From NCBI GenBank assembly GCA_002245135.1, contig NGBS01001210.1, positions 1 through 41,603 on the forward strand: a DNA stretch of 41,603 nt, in the 5' to 3' direction. Every line of letters starts with the position of its first letter. Position 1 is the stretch's first letter. Positions 1 to 13,311 of this stretch are shown piece after piece. Below the pieces are notes generated by a model. The model worked only from the letters and a program-made list of their open reading frames with translations, was not told where the DNA came from and did no database searches. The DNA is from Proteromonas lacertae. Lineage: Eukaryota. Made by a program: the position numbers and the translations under genes.

Positions 1-110
1 TTCATGATTCTTATCCAAATGTAAATTTAATCTCCTAATATGGATTAATGGTATATATTAATAATGTATAGAGTTTTTGTTTTAGTGATAAACTATTACA
101 TCACGAATAA

Positions 111-1741
111 ATGAGAAATAATGAAAATACGCTTGATTCTTGTTTGAATATTTTTAAATTTAAAATGAATAAATTCAATTCTTTGGTTAAAATATCATTT
201 GAATTGTTTAATTATTATGCTAAAGAGAGAAGAGAAGATAATCTGCGTGTAATGTACTGGAAAGACTTTGACAGATTTGCTCAAGACTGTGGATTCATGA
301 ATTCAGAAGTAATAGAAAATATATTCCTTGAAAAATCCTCAAAATATGCTCTAGAAGGCAATAATCATAGATCAATTCCTTACAGTGGCTTTTATGAATC
401 AATCGAAGAACTAGCAAGAATGAAATACAAACATGATATTCAACCATATTCTCGCTTTATAGAATCTTCATTATCACCATTATTAAACTCATTAAATCTC
501 TTCCAAAATTCTTGTGAAATGATTAGTGTATTAAAACCTGAAATGGAAAGATATAAATCTGGTTTAAGAAGAATATATAAATATTACACAGTATGAATAT
601 AATTAGAATGGTATATCAAATAGAAAAACAATATGAAAGCCAATTTTGAATTAACAATACATCAATTTGAAGATATTCTGAATAAAAGTGAAATTTATCC
701 ATTGCATATAAATAAAGAATTAATAAAGATAATAGAATATAATGTAAATATACAGATATTAATAAAGTAAAAATATGAATGAATTGTATAATAATAATAA
801 TAATAATAATGAATAGAATAGATTATTCAACACCTCATTATCTGAAAAAGCCTAAAATACCATCATTATCAATTTCATTTAATAATTTTGTGAATATCTA
901 ATACATCTATCATTGATAAATTTGGTCGAGGAATTTATAAGAATAAATATGAATATGAAAATCCAAAGAATCGATTAAATGCAATGATAAATTCAATAAA
1001 GAGATGTTATATTCAATTATTTAATTCTGAAATGATTTGTGACAATATTCAAATTCCAAATACAAATTCTAATTATATTGATACATTGCATTTTGAAGAA
1101 GAAAATGAAGGAGATGATGAAAGTGTAATAAAAACATATATCTCACCCAAACCAGTATATATATTTTTTATCATTTATTATTTATTAGAAAAGAATAACA
1201 TCATGTTCATATCATCGTATAATTGTTATAATATTTGTATAATTAGATAAATCTTATTATCAAAGGCCAAGTTATTTCAATAATGAATGTAAATTCAGTT
1301 CAAAAGATTTGGATAAAGAAAATAAAAGGAGAATAGAGAATAACAACATTTTAAACAATCACAAAATAATCTCTCCAAATGAATTACAGAATGAATCAAT
1401 TGATAATTCTGAGATGTTAAAACCACAATATTATGTTTCTTATAAGATAAATCCTCTCAAGAAATGATGAAAGAATTGAGTAAGATAAATATAAAGACAA
1501 ATGAGAATAAAACACCAATAATAGAAGATGAAGGTGAATGTGAAGAAATGAATGAAATAGAATCATTTTTAACACCACCAAAGTATTATTCAAGTTATAA
1601 ATTGTATATATAATAATATAAATATATTTATAAAACAATAGAGATGAAAGAGAAAAAGAAATAGATAAAAAGGAGAATATAGTTATTGATGATTTAGAAG
1701 AATGTATAATGAAATCTTATGAATTACTAAACAAATTATAA
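111..1741 (+). CDS. Multi-exon hypothetical protein with p25-alpha/TPPP-like or EF-hand-like repeats (left copy, small indels vs right copy)
   Basis: ORFs 111..596 and 984..1250 are linked by short introns; MYWKDFDRFAQDCG...IF...FYESIEELARMKY resembles the p25-alpha pattern; ends MKSYELLNKL*. Several 1-2 nt indels relative to 36895..38535. Confidence 0.5.
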
Positions 1742-1809
1742 ACTAAAATTTGTGTTTATCTATATTTGTTGTTTATTGTTTAATCCCAAATGTAGAATAT
1801 AAAAATAAA

Positions 1810-2846
1810 TTATAAGAGATGTGAGTTCTTATTCCTTTTTGTCTTAAATAAATCAAATCTCTCATTAAATCTAACATTTGTTGAGAATTTTGAGAAAACT
1901 ATTAATAAAATGAATAAAATGTAAATACATTTAAATTATCAATTTGAGTTGAAGGAGTGTAAGTTAAGAATAGTTCATTCATTTTTAATCCTTTATCATG
2001 TTTGATTCTATGAAACAAATGTTTATCTATTCCTTGTGAAATATTCATCTTTAGAATTAAATAATTATCATCATCATTATATTTCTTCAACAGATTGAGT
2101 GGATTTAGAAGAGATGATGATGATAAATCTGGTTTGATATTGAAATAATGATAAATAGGAATGAGAGAATTGGTAAATGATTATAAATGTTTGTATTGTT
2201 GTGAATATTTTCATCAAATAAAACCATTGTTTGAAATAACTTCTCATTTTATCATGATAAATATTGTAAATAAACCTCTGATTAACTCCTTCAAATTGTT
2301 GTTTTGTTTGTTAAAATGGTGAAATAATGAAGCATCTGTATCATATATACTATTGGATTCTCTCTTGAGTTTCTATGAGAAGGAATAATAAAGTGTTGAT
2401 TGAATATATCTTCATAAACATAATCTTGATAAAGTTGATAATGAATTGAAAAAAACACCAAATATTGGTTCAATATATTCTTTCTCAATCATTCCATTAA
2501 TATCAAATATAAAATAAGAAAATCATCATTATAACAAGAATATCCTCTATTTGATAAACATTTTCTAATTGAAGAAAGCAAAGATGATATTTTATCTTCA
2601 TATTTGTCAAATAAAACAGAATATTCTTCAACTGAATTAATCTGATGTGATTTTATTATTGAATACCATTTTCTTTCTAAATTAGATGGAACATATCTAA
2701 TAAATCTTTTTGGTTGATTTTTATCAGTTTTTAGCACATTTTCTTTATCATCAAGCGAAAGTGATTTTGAAATATCAATATCAACTAAATTCAATCCATA
2801 TAAGAATGTTGAAACTAAAATAATAAGTAAAAACAACTTCAATCAT
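1810..2846 (-). CDS. Secreted/membrane-anchored FkbM-methyltransferase-like protein (left copy, frameshifted)
   Basis: Mirror of the intact 35785..36825 gene; broken into ORFs 2489..2842, 2291..2488 and 1902..2090 by 1-2 nt deletions. Confidence 0.5.
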
Positions 2847-2949
2847 TCATATTTTCTTCACTATTAAACCACGAAGATAACGGATATATTTTTTATTCTC
2901 ATTTTTTTCTTTATTAAACTCACAAATAACAACTACTAATATTTTAATT

Positions 2950-3971
2950 TTATCTGTTTACGGATAATAAACTAGTTAATAAAGAACAGCTCATCCAATA
3001 CACTAAACAAGGAGGATATTCACAATCTTTAAAACCAACATATTCTTTCAGTTTATTTAATCGATTCATCTCAACATTTCTATCTAATTCCATTTTTATT
3101 CTTTTACATAAACCACTTGTTTCACTTAAACCACCTAATATCATAATGTGACTAATTAATTCTTTTCGACTATCTATTGGACTATTCTCTATAAATTCTA
3201 TTATTTTTGTTATTAAACATTCTCCTTCATCATTTAATTTAAATATATCTTCCCAACCACTACTTCTTAATTCACCATTTATTCTTTTCTCAAATGATAA
3301 TTCTATACATTCATAATCAGGAATATCATTTTCACATTTTACACAATTACTATTCAACCATAAATCAATTCCACTTTCTTCATCACTTATATTTAAACTT
3401 TTTATTAATTTTGAAGATAATTTCTCCACATTTAACAGGTTAAAATAAACTATATTTGAATAATTTGGAATTCCATTTATTATTCCGATTATATTGATTG
3501 AATAATAACCAAAATCTATTATCATATAAGTTTCATCACCATATAAACCACTCAAATAACTGAAATTGGGATTTAAGATTAAATGACCTACTTTTATATA
3601 ATCTTCACAAAGCTCTTTTATTGAAGATAGTAGATTATTTGGAAACATGTAACTGTGTATAATAAATACATTGTATTCTCTTGGACGAATCATCAATACT
3701 CTATTCAATCAATAATAATAAACTAACAAAATACCGATAAAATATATGGTTTATTACAGGTAACAGGATATTATTCCATTCTTCTTTTATCAATGGATTA
3801 TTATCACATTTCAAATACTTCTTTATCTATCAAAGTAAATATTTTGAAAAATACTGGACTTTCAAGAATAAATGGAGTTGATTTACCACTGATATTACAT
3901 CTTATACTATAACTACCTATTTCTATTACACAATTATTTTTATTTTCTTCTAATTCTTTCAAAAAATTCAT
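2950..3971 (-). CDS. Actin-related protein, Arp10-like (left copy)
   Basis: N-terminal VIEIGSYSIRCNISGKSTP (actin phosphate-1 loop-like), IIDFGY, SPIDSRKELISHIMILGG, VYWMSCS; RVLMIRPREYNVFII resembles Arp10. Confidence 0.75.
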
Positions 3972-4098
3972 TTCTTTTTTTCTATTTTGATCAAACCTTG
4001 CTCAAATCATGTCAAAATTAAATCAAATATTCTTCTTTTATGAGTGAGACAGCAAAGTAACACAAATAACATTATTAAATACATATATACATATACAT

Positions 4099-4669
4099 TT
4101 ATAACTCTTCTAAATCTTCTATTTCCCATTTTTCATTCAAAATATCGATCAGTTGTTGTAAAGGAATAGCTACACGAAGTTTTACATCTTCATATTGCAT
4201 TAAATTATTTAACATTATATTTCGATCTATATTTATTACTTTGGGATTTAAAGTTGTTGTTTTAACCCATTTCTTTCTTTCATTATACCAATTATTCAAT
4301 CCTTCAAAATTAAAGGGTTTTACTTCATTTTCTACTTTCAAAGGGAATAAATGATAAAAATGACAATAAAAGGGATATAACTTTGTACCTTCACTTTCTA
4401 TTTCTATCTCAGATATTCTATTATTCTTCATAAGCTGTTGATGAGTTATTTTGTATTGTTCATATAAACTAAGAAATTCATTACAGATATTTTCATAACT
4501 TCTTTTAAACGATGATTCAAGTATTTTTTGACTTTCCTATTTTCTAGAATATTATTTATACTTCACATAGATCTTTCAACACCTTTTCTGGGTTATTTTC
4601 TTTTATATTATCATACGATAGTAGATCAGTAAACAAATCTAACATACATTCTTGATCAGCATAATCCAT
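4099..4669 (-). CDS. Hypothetical protein (two exons, left copy)
   Basis: MDYADQECMLDLF... exon spliced through a short intron into ORF 4099..4431; mirror of 33962..34532. Confidence 0.55.
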
Positions 4670-4795
4670 ACAATGAGAAAAATCAAATTTTGAAAATAGA
4701 GTGAGTTTGGCTTGATTTATTTATGAAAATATATTCGTTTCATTATTTTCTTTTTCTTTTTTTCTCTTAAACAAAACATCCTCATATTATTTAGA

Positions 4796-6221
4796 TTATA
4801 TATATTGGATAATTAACTTATATTCTTTCATCTCTGATAATTTCGATGTTGAGAACTTGTTATTACTAACACATTTCAATATTTTCAACAAATTTACTTC
4901 TTTCTCTTCTTCTTTCTCCTTTCTCTTTATCTCTAATATACTTTCCAAATACTCATCATTCATTTCTATATTCTCACATTCTATTAATTCTATCAAACTC
5001 AAATGATTTTCACTTATTCTTTCACATAATAATTTCCATTCTTTTATTGATATTTCTCCTATTATCTTTATCTTCTTCAATCTCTTATATAAATACAATC
5101 TTTCTAACAATATCTCATATATCTCTTCTTTCAATGGAAATCTCAATATCATTTCTTCTACTTCATTCATTTTTGAACAACTTATATCATTATATTCATC
5201 ATTTTTTGATAAACATTGATTTGTGTATTTTCGATTTTTACATTTACTTTCTTTTATTATCTTTTCTAATTCATCTTTTTCTAATATCTTATTTCTATTG
5301 AAATATTTTAAATCTATTGAAATATAATAATAACATCATAATTTAATAATACATATTTCTTTATTCACTTCATTCCACTTTATCATTTTTAATAACTCTT
5401 TTAATTCTCCCAATTTATCTTCTTTTTGACATTTATACCAATTTATTACACATTCTGTTAATAATTCTTCATTACAAACACTTACTGTCTCATTATTTAA
5501 TATTATATTGAAAAGAATTTCAAAACTCAAATATTTACTATTATTCTTTAATAACAGAATATCTTTATTTTCATCTATCCAATTCATAAATTTGGCTTTA
5601 TATATCACAAAATCATTAGGATCAAGAATATTTAAAACCATTGAAAAACAAGAAATATTCTGAATTGTGAAATGATTTGAATAGAATCTAAATAATATTA
5701 ATAAATAGATAATACTCTAAACATATTCTGTATAATGATTTTATATCAAAATAATCACTTATTGTAAATATTTCATAGATATTCTCATCTGTTAATTCTA
5801 TCTATTAGTATATCCATTAGTTGATTCATATATATATATATACTTTGCCAAGATGTAAATATTTCAATATTATTAAAACTATCTTTTCATTTATATTTTC
5901 TATTACTATCTCTTTCTTTTCTCTTTCACTAAAATCATCACTGTATAACATATGTTTGAAGTAACTTGAACCACTACTCAATAATCCAGATATGGCTTGG
6001 AAAACTGTTGGAGTTGAACTATTATCACAACTATCATTATAAACTATTATTTTACAATCACATCTTTCATTTAAGATTTTTTCATCATATAAACCATCAT
6101 CACTTAAAGGAAGATGTAGTTTGTTATTCTTTTTTGTTTTGTTTTTATCATTCTCATTATTAGCTTTATTTTGAGTAATATTACACATTAATGGTGGTGC
6201 ATAAAAATATACATAACTCAT
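4796..6221 (-). CDS. BTB/POZ-BACK domain protein (left copy)
   Basis: CDCKIIV...VFQAISGLLSSGSSYFKHMLYSDDFSE...IILKYLHLGK (BTB), then NNETVSVCNEELLTECVINW (BACK); exons joined by short introns. Confidence 0.8.
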
Positions 6222-6331
6222 TCAATCAAAAATCGCAAAATAAAAAAAGAGAATCAAGCCAAATACAAGCCATTTTTGTTTTTTTTCATTTTTCATTCAT
6301 TCAAACACAGATATTCAATAATAATGTTTAT

Positions 6332-7908
6332 TTAGTATTTTAATATCTCATCATCATCATCATCATCATCACTCAAATCAAAATCTTTTAAGAAATCTTC
6401 ATCAATCTCTTCTTTTTCTTTTACAGAATCTATTAATATATTAATCGATGGATCATTTTCATTAAAATAACAAGTTTTATTATCATTTGAAAACTTCACA
6501 CTCTTTATCTTCTTTTCATTTCTCTTTATTACTAATTTACATTTTACACTTTTCGATTTACTTTTTGTTGGTTTTATTGTGGTTTTTGATGGTTTGATCT
6601 GTTTCTTGGGTTTGATCAGTTTTATATTCAATATTTTATTATCATCTTCATCTTTATTCTCTTTGTCTTTTTCTATTGTTGAGATTTTCTTCATTTTTAT
6701 TAATGGTTTTTTAACTTCATCTGTTGTTGTTGATGATGATGATGATATACTTATATGAATATCATTCTTTCTTTTCTTTTCTTTATTCTCCATTCTACAC
6801 CAACTGATTGGAGATATTGAACCATTATATGATAAAGATGCTTTACTGATTTGATATTTATTTTGAAATGGTTTTATTTCAGTTGGATCGTATTTTAATT
6901 CTCTCAAGATTTCTTCTACATCAACACAAAACTTTCGAATTATTTTTATCTGATTCAACTGTGTATCAACATATGATGAAGTGATATAAGAATATAAACA
7001 ATTCAATACACATACTTCACTGATTGAATATTGATTAATTAATGCATAACCTTTAAATGAATCTTCATTAATTCCATACATATACTATTCAAATAATAAA
7101 CAAATAAATAAAATACATAGAGATTATAGAATTCTATATATTCTTTCATATTATTGGGTATATATTTCTCAAATCCTCTTTTCTTATTGGTTAGTCGTTT
7201 TAGGTAATAATGATAATGGTGAATCATTACTTTTATCTATTGATATCTTCTTTATATCAACAAAATCTAATGTTGGAGCATAAGTAACTGTGCTATTTAT
7301 AATATTTCCATTTATCAATAATTCTTTATAATGATATACATCTATTACATTATATCATTATAAATCATATATTATTATACTTGATTCAACTATAAATATA
7401 AAAGACACATTCTTATTCTCACATTTATGTCGAATTTGTAAAGAAAAGGAAATACAATTGAACTTACCAAATACACTACTAATATTCTCATTATTATTCT
7501 CTTTGTAACATATCTTATCACCTGTAAATAACATTAAATAACATTAAACAAACCTATTTTCAAATACTCAAATCTGGTAAATAAACGTCTTTCCAAATAA
7601 CTTTTTATACTGCAACACAACATATTATCATCGACTGGCATTTCTGTCTCAACAATTTCACACTCAACACTCAAATATTTGCATTTTCGTTTTATAATTG
7701 TTTTTATTTCACTCATTTTTTGACCATCTTGAATCAAAACTATCAAACTTCTTTCAGATTCGATCACACTAAGAACTTTCTCATCTACTAAACTGTTTAA
7801 CAAGGCATAACAAGAATGTAGATGATAGTCATTTCTAATTTCGATTTTTAAACAGTTAGAAAACTCCAATATGCTTCTACTATCGCTAAATAACAAAAAG
7901 TGATTCAT
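6332..7908 (-). CDS. Multi-exon hypothetical protein with Lys-rich and acidic C-terminal tail (left copy)
   Basis: Likely ATG at 7908 (MNHFLLF...); ORFs 7534..8115, 7039..7227 and 6332..7081 are joined by short introns; no family confidently recognised. Confidence 0.55.
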
Positions 7909-7948
7909 TTTTCTATCCCGCCTTTTTTTAAATTCAAAGCCCGCCAAA
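7909..7948. promoter_or_regulatory. 40-bp putative bidirectional promoter with two CCCGCC (E2F-like) motifs and TTCAAA
   Basis: Lies between divergent ATGs at 7908 (-) and 7949 (+); contains tcccgcc, ttcaaa and cccgccaaa; mirrored at 30684..30723. Confidence 0.45.
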
Positions 7949-8656
7949 ATGAAATATATCATCAAAGAGAGACTTGGGAGTGGAACTTGTATAATTTTAT
8001 TAATGAATGAATAGTTGGAAATGTATTTTTGGTTGAAGAAAGAGAGAGTAAGCATTCTTTGTTTGATTTGTTTAGAAAAGGTAAAATATGCTTTGAAACG
8101 AATAAGAACCACCAAGGAAGCGATATGTAGATTATATATTGATATGAAATAGATGGTAATAAGAGTCGTGAAGTTTATATAAACAAATTGTTGGAATACA
8201 AAGGTGGTAGTAATTACATTCCGTTATTAAAAGGTACTTCAATATGTGAGCTATGCTAAAAATAGATAATTTCTACAGTTATGAGTATGATTCAAAAAGA
8301 AGTGAGAAGATCTATTACAACAACTTGGTATTAGAGAAATTTGGTATTAGTTTAAGTCATTACATCAGAGAATTAATCAATGATCAAGAAATTCGTGATT
8401 ATTTAAGACAATTATTCATTGGTTTATCATTTATTCATTCTTTGAATATTGTCCATCGTGATTTAAAACCATCGAACTTATTAATCGATATAAATCGAAA
8501 GATTTTAAAGATCTGTGATTTTGGAAGTTCCAAAATAATGAAAGAAAATGAGAAATCTACTCCCTTAGTTACATCTCGTTTTTATCGTTCTCCAGAGTTA
8601 TTATTAGGAAGTTGTAATTATTCAAGTAAGATAGATATTTGGTCATGTGGTTGTAG

Positions 8657-8689
<33 letters not shown>

Positions 8690-9102
8690 GTTATAAATAG
8701 TAATGGCTGAAATGTATTTACATCAACCTTTATTCATTGCTTTTAATACTGATGGAGAACAGTTATTATCAATTGCTGATTGTATATATAAATAACATAT
8801 ATGAAAATAGTGATTGGAAGTCCTTCAAAAGAAGATTTAATTGAGATGAAAGTTTTACCTGATTCTTATGAAAGTATTTATATATTTAATTAATATGTTT
8901 TATAGTTTACAGTAATAAATCCATCAGTCGAATCAATTTTCACTCAATCTTCTTCGATTTAGTTCCTGAGTATATATTATATTATGATATTGTTGAATAT
9001 AGAGATGGAATTGAGTTATTAGAACAAATTCTACAATACAATCCAAATAAAAGACCTTCTTGTGAAGAAATCTTAAAACATCGATATTTTAATACAAACT
9101 AA
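7949..9102 (+). CDS. CMGC Ser/Thr protein kinase, GSK3-like (left copy, appears intact)
   Basis: MKYIIKERLGSGT/FGNV, YALKR, HRDLKPSNLL, ICDFGSSK, TSRFYRSPELLLG, DIWSCGC, LQYNPNKRPSCEEILKHRYF across many short introns. Confidence 0.85.
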
Positions 9103-9440
9103 TTCTAAATACTATTATATGACTTAATTGTTTAAATTATCTTTTCTTTTTTCTCAATATAAAAACATTTATTTTCTTACAATCTAAAAAGTGTAAATTA
9201 AGGATGATTTAATATGCAGCTAACTTATTTTCCTCTTATCTTATCTTTACTTAATTATTAAGAATTAGTTTAAATTAATATATGAACATTGCTTAGCTAT
9301 ATATGTATTTGTTATTAAAACCTTTAAATAGTCAGTATTCTCTAATAAAAATCAATTTATAGTATAAAATAACGAATATATTTTTATAACTATTTTTGAA
9401 TTTATTTGCTTTGAAGATATAATTTTTAGTTATTTTCTTA

Positions 9441-10496
9441 ATGATATATATATTTACTTTCATCTTCATTTTCTCATTATACTACATATCTAAGAATCAT
9501 AAAACTCGAAAAGGAATTATGATTGGAGTAATAGCTTATCGGTGGATTAGGCAATAGAATAGCAGGACTTACTGGCACCTATTTATTATCTCTTCTGAGC
9601 AAGAGAAAATATCTTAGTATGCTTTTCTGTACATTTTGTTAGTAATGGGAAACCAGCTAAATGATTATTTTAATTTTAGTTTAGTATATCCTCATCCAAT
9701 AAAAAACATAGGAAGAATAAATATTTCTCTTTCTTTTACGTTTTATAGTTATTGTCTAGATCCTGTTGATATGATAAATAGAATTGTAAAATCTAAAGTA
9801 TATTCAATTGCCATTAGCAGCATACATGATATAATTCCTGTAATTATAAAGAGTAAAAAGTATTATTCATCTTTAAGAAAATTGAAATTTATAAAATGTT
9901 CTAGAAGAGCAGATATTATAAGTCAGATTATTGAGGTTAATTATGTATTATATAATAAATATTTCCGATTCCATGAAAGATATTATAGAATTGGTAAAAG
10001 TGTCTTAAAAGATTATTCAAATGTTAAAAAAATTGGAATTCATGTTAGATTAAATGATAATTGTCTTAAATCATGCAGTGTAAACATCGCACAGATAAAT
10101 AAGTTGAATAATACATCAAATAAATATTGCAATGGAAGTTGTGTTATAATGCTTAGTTCATTCTATAAGAATTTCACCAATGTCTTTCACAACATTAATA
10201 AAAATGTATATTCTTATAACATGGATTATGATATTAAGCACACTGCTTTTTCAGCGAATATATCTCAAAAGGATATTGAAAAAATAATAATGGATATAAT
10301 TTTGACTAGCAATTCTGACATTCTTACGATAAGTGGTTATTCTTCATATTCATTAATGATTCTTTACATGGGATATTATCAACATTATAAAACTTGTAAA
10401 GCTAAACAATATTCTTTTTGGACAGGAGGTGCATTATTTGATCACTTAAATAGGTTTAGAAAAGTAAATAATTGTAAAAATATTAGTTTTTTTTGA
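9441..10496 (+). CDS. Fucosyltransferase-like glycosyltransferase (GT11/GT23/GT37 superfamily; left copy has +1 insertion near 9540)
   Basis: N-terminal TM anchor, GGLGNR, GIHVRLND and MDIILTSNSDILTISGYSSYS motifs; one 26-nt intron; extra C (gcttatCggtgg) relative to the right copy. Confidence 0.7.
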
Positions 10497-10518
10497 TATT
10501 TTAATTATTATTTAGAAA

Positions 10519-10656
10519 TATACTAAACTTAAGAAGTAACTGATGTTTTTAAACCAAAAATCTTCACAGTTGTATATTCAAAGCACAGATATATATAAGC
10601 AATAATCTCCTCTTCATTGAGGAAATATCTTTTAGATATCTTTTATATGACATTTT
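10519..10656 (-). pseudogene. Duplicated pseudogene fragment of the 24623/26443 paralog family
   Basis: Mirror of 27996..28133. Confidence 0.6.
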
Positions 10657-11390
10657 CTAGAATATTAATCCAAAAAATATTGATTAGAACATTTCTGATA
10701 CTATATTTAGACTTATTTATAGTTGTATATGTATTAGTTTTTTTTCAATCAAAGTATATCTTTATATATTCCTACAAGCTATTCTGAATAAACATAGCAA
10801 TAAACACTCATAAGTGATAGAAATATAAAAATTAATACTTCTTAGATTTAAATATAGCAACTGATATATATCAGGTGCATTTCATATCTTGATTACTTTA
10901 TTCACAAAGAAAAGATAGTATGTAAGAAGATATTTTATTTTGAATTGAATAGACTTGATAAAGCTTGATGATAATAATCAAAAATAGAGAGAAAATATAA
11001 ATTATTAGAAGAAAGTAATACAGATTGATCAATTATAGTGATTTTGAAAGACAGAAAGAAAGGTAATATAATACTGTTGTATTTATATAGATTTAAAACA
11101 TATCAGAAACAACATACAAACATACAACTCTATTTAATGAATAATGTAAGGATAGTAAATAAACTCATAATGTAATTTAAATAATACACAACACACCTTT
11201 ATATGCTGTATATTTTGATAAATAGCTTAATATCTTTAAAACAAACATGCAATGAATAATCGCATGTTTGTTGTTAATAGACCTGTAAAATATTTATAAT
11301 GATATCGTTCCTTCATGTTTACGTTATTTTTGTATCATATAATGTGTAATTTTACTTCTATAATTTATATTTTAATATAAATATAAAAGA

Positions 11391-13311
11391 ATGATGCAAA
11401 AAAAGGTTAAAAAACATTTTCGGCTTGTTAATAGTTTGATAAATATAATCAGTTACTCATTCTTGTGGTTGATGTATGAGTAATTATTAATTGAAATCGA
11501 TGAATTCATTTTGTAGTTGGTTGAATAAAAACAATTATGAGGTATAGTAGTCATAAATCATATTATTTACTACTTTAGTTACAAATGGATAGTTTGTATA
11601 ACAATAGGTTTATGAAGGTGAAGTATATACGTGATAACTCAATTTATTTATTAAAAATGATGAGTGTTAGTGAGTTAGATACAAAAACAGTTGTTAATGT
11701 TTTTAATACTATAAATAAAGTGAATAATATGAATATAGATGGTTTAATGAAATACAGCATAGTTGAAATTAATGAAAATATATTGTATCGAATAATGAAA
11801 GAATATACAACTCATTTAGATATAATAAACCCTCTTAAATATTTTGAAGAGACTGGAATATTTGAAGTATTAAATAGAATATTGAAAGTGCTAAAATATT
11901 TAAATGAAAATAAAACAATTCACAGTAATTTAAAACCCTCAAATATCTTCTTAAATGATGAAAATGAAGTGATAATTAATGATTATTGTAGTAATCTGTT
12001 ATATAAAGGAAGAGAAGGGATAATTAGTAGAAAAGGAAACGATGTATGTTTTGTTAGTATAGATGAATTATTAGGAAGGGATTTGGATATTTCAAGTGAT
12101 ATTTGGAATTTTGGATTAATATTTTACTATATAAAAAGTGGCAAATATCCATTTCTTGGTTCAAATATGTTAGAAACAATGAAGAATATCGAAAATGTAA
12201 AATATATTCCATTAGAATGTGAATGTAAAAATGAATTAAACTATTTTTTAAAGAAAATACTTCAAAAAGAAAAGAAAGATCGTTTAAAATTGAATGAAGT
12301 TATATCTGAATTGAAAAGTATATAATAATGAAGATGAAGTTGTTTTAAATAATATAATATAGAATTAAATGAACCACATCTTAAAGTAGTTCTTTCTGAA
12401 GAAGAAGAAATAAAAATACCTATAGAACTAAGTATTATTGTTTATCATATATTTTATGATAGAGAATAATATTGATTTTCGATTTGATAAATATATAAAA
12501 GAAAATGCAAATGGTTGGAATTTAAGTCATTGTATTATATATATTGTTAAATATGTAATTAGTGGAGATGAAAGACGAAGGAATGAGATACTTTTGTTCA
12601 AGACTTGAGAATATGATTCAAGTTGTGAAAATTGATTTGTGTGGTATTTTAATTATCATTTTTACTGATTTATTATATATAGTGAATAACATAACATCAG
12701 TTGGATTAAATGAATTCGCAGAATGTTTACAATTCTTTCCAAATTTAAGTGTATTATATATTAGTGGAAATCAATTAGGAAGTTCTGATGAAAAGAAAAA
12801 ATCATATTTGGAAAAACTGTTTAGTAAAAAATCTATTAGTAATTATGGTTTAAAATTATTTTCAGATAATCTTTATCACCTCCCTAAATTGACTCAATTA
12901 GGATTTGGAGGTATATTTATAAGTATTATTGTTTTTGAATAGATTCTCAGTTGATAGATAATGATGTAGAATACTTAAGTTCAAATTTTAAATATATTCC
13001 AAATTTAATCTGGATAGCTCTCTCAAGTATAAAATATAATAATATTATTTATTGAAATAGCTAACAATATAGGGGATAAGGGAGTAAAATGTTTTTGTGA
13101 TAATATATCCTATATACAAAATTTGGAGATATTGTATTTTCATAGAAATGAAATAAGTGATAGTGGAGGTGAAATGCTGTTAAATAACATTCACAAATTA
13201 CCAAAATTAAAAATATTTACTTCCTGTAATAACAAGATATCGAATTATAAGAATTTTGTGGTAAAGATTAGAAATAATCATCCTAACAAAGAAATGAAAA
13301 TTGATTATTAA
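11391..13311 (+). CDS. Pseudokinase fused to RI-like leucine-rich repeats
   Basis: Kinase fold with HSNLKPSNI (no HRD Asp), INDYC in place of DFG, SDIWNFG and GKYPF; followed by LRR exons (LSVLYISGNQLG, LEILYFHRNEISDSG) joined by short introns. Start codon approximate. Confidence 0.75.

Larger units (their letters stand above)
1..11212 (+). repeat. Left arm of large inverted segmental duplication (truncated by window start)
   Basis: Base 1 (ttcatgattcttatcc) is the reverse complement of the sequence ending at 38645; homology runs to ...atatgctgtata at 11212 (pairs with 27442). The ORF track shows near-identical proteins in mirrored order. Confidence 0.97.

Noticed and set aside
5047..6163. 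Short antisense ORFs (5047..5301, 5966..6163 and similar ones such as 16283..16492, 21538..21750, 20278..20475)
   Set aside because: Low-complexity shadows opposite real exons or inside the MITE; no recognisable motifs.
7909..8115. N-terminal extension of ORF 7534..8115
   Set aside because: Starts at a non-ATG codon and overlaps the first kinase exons on the opposite strand; ATG at 7908 is more plausible.
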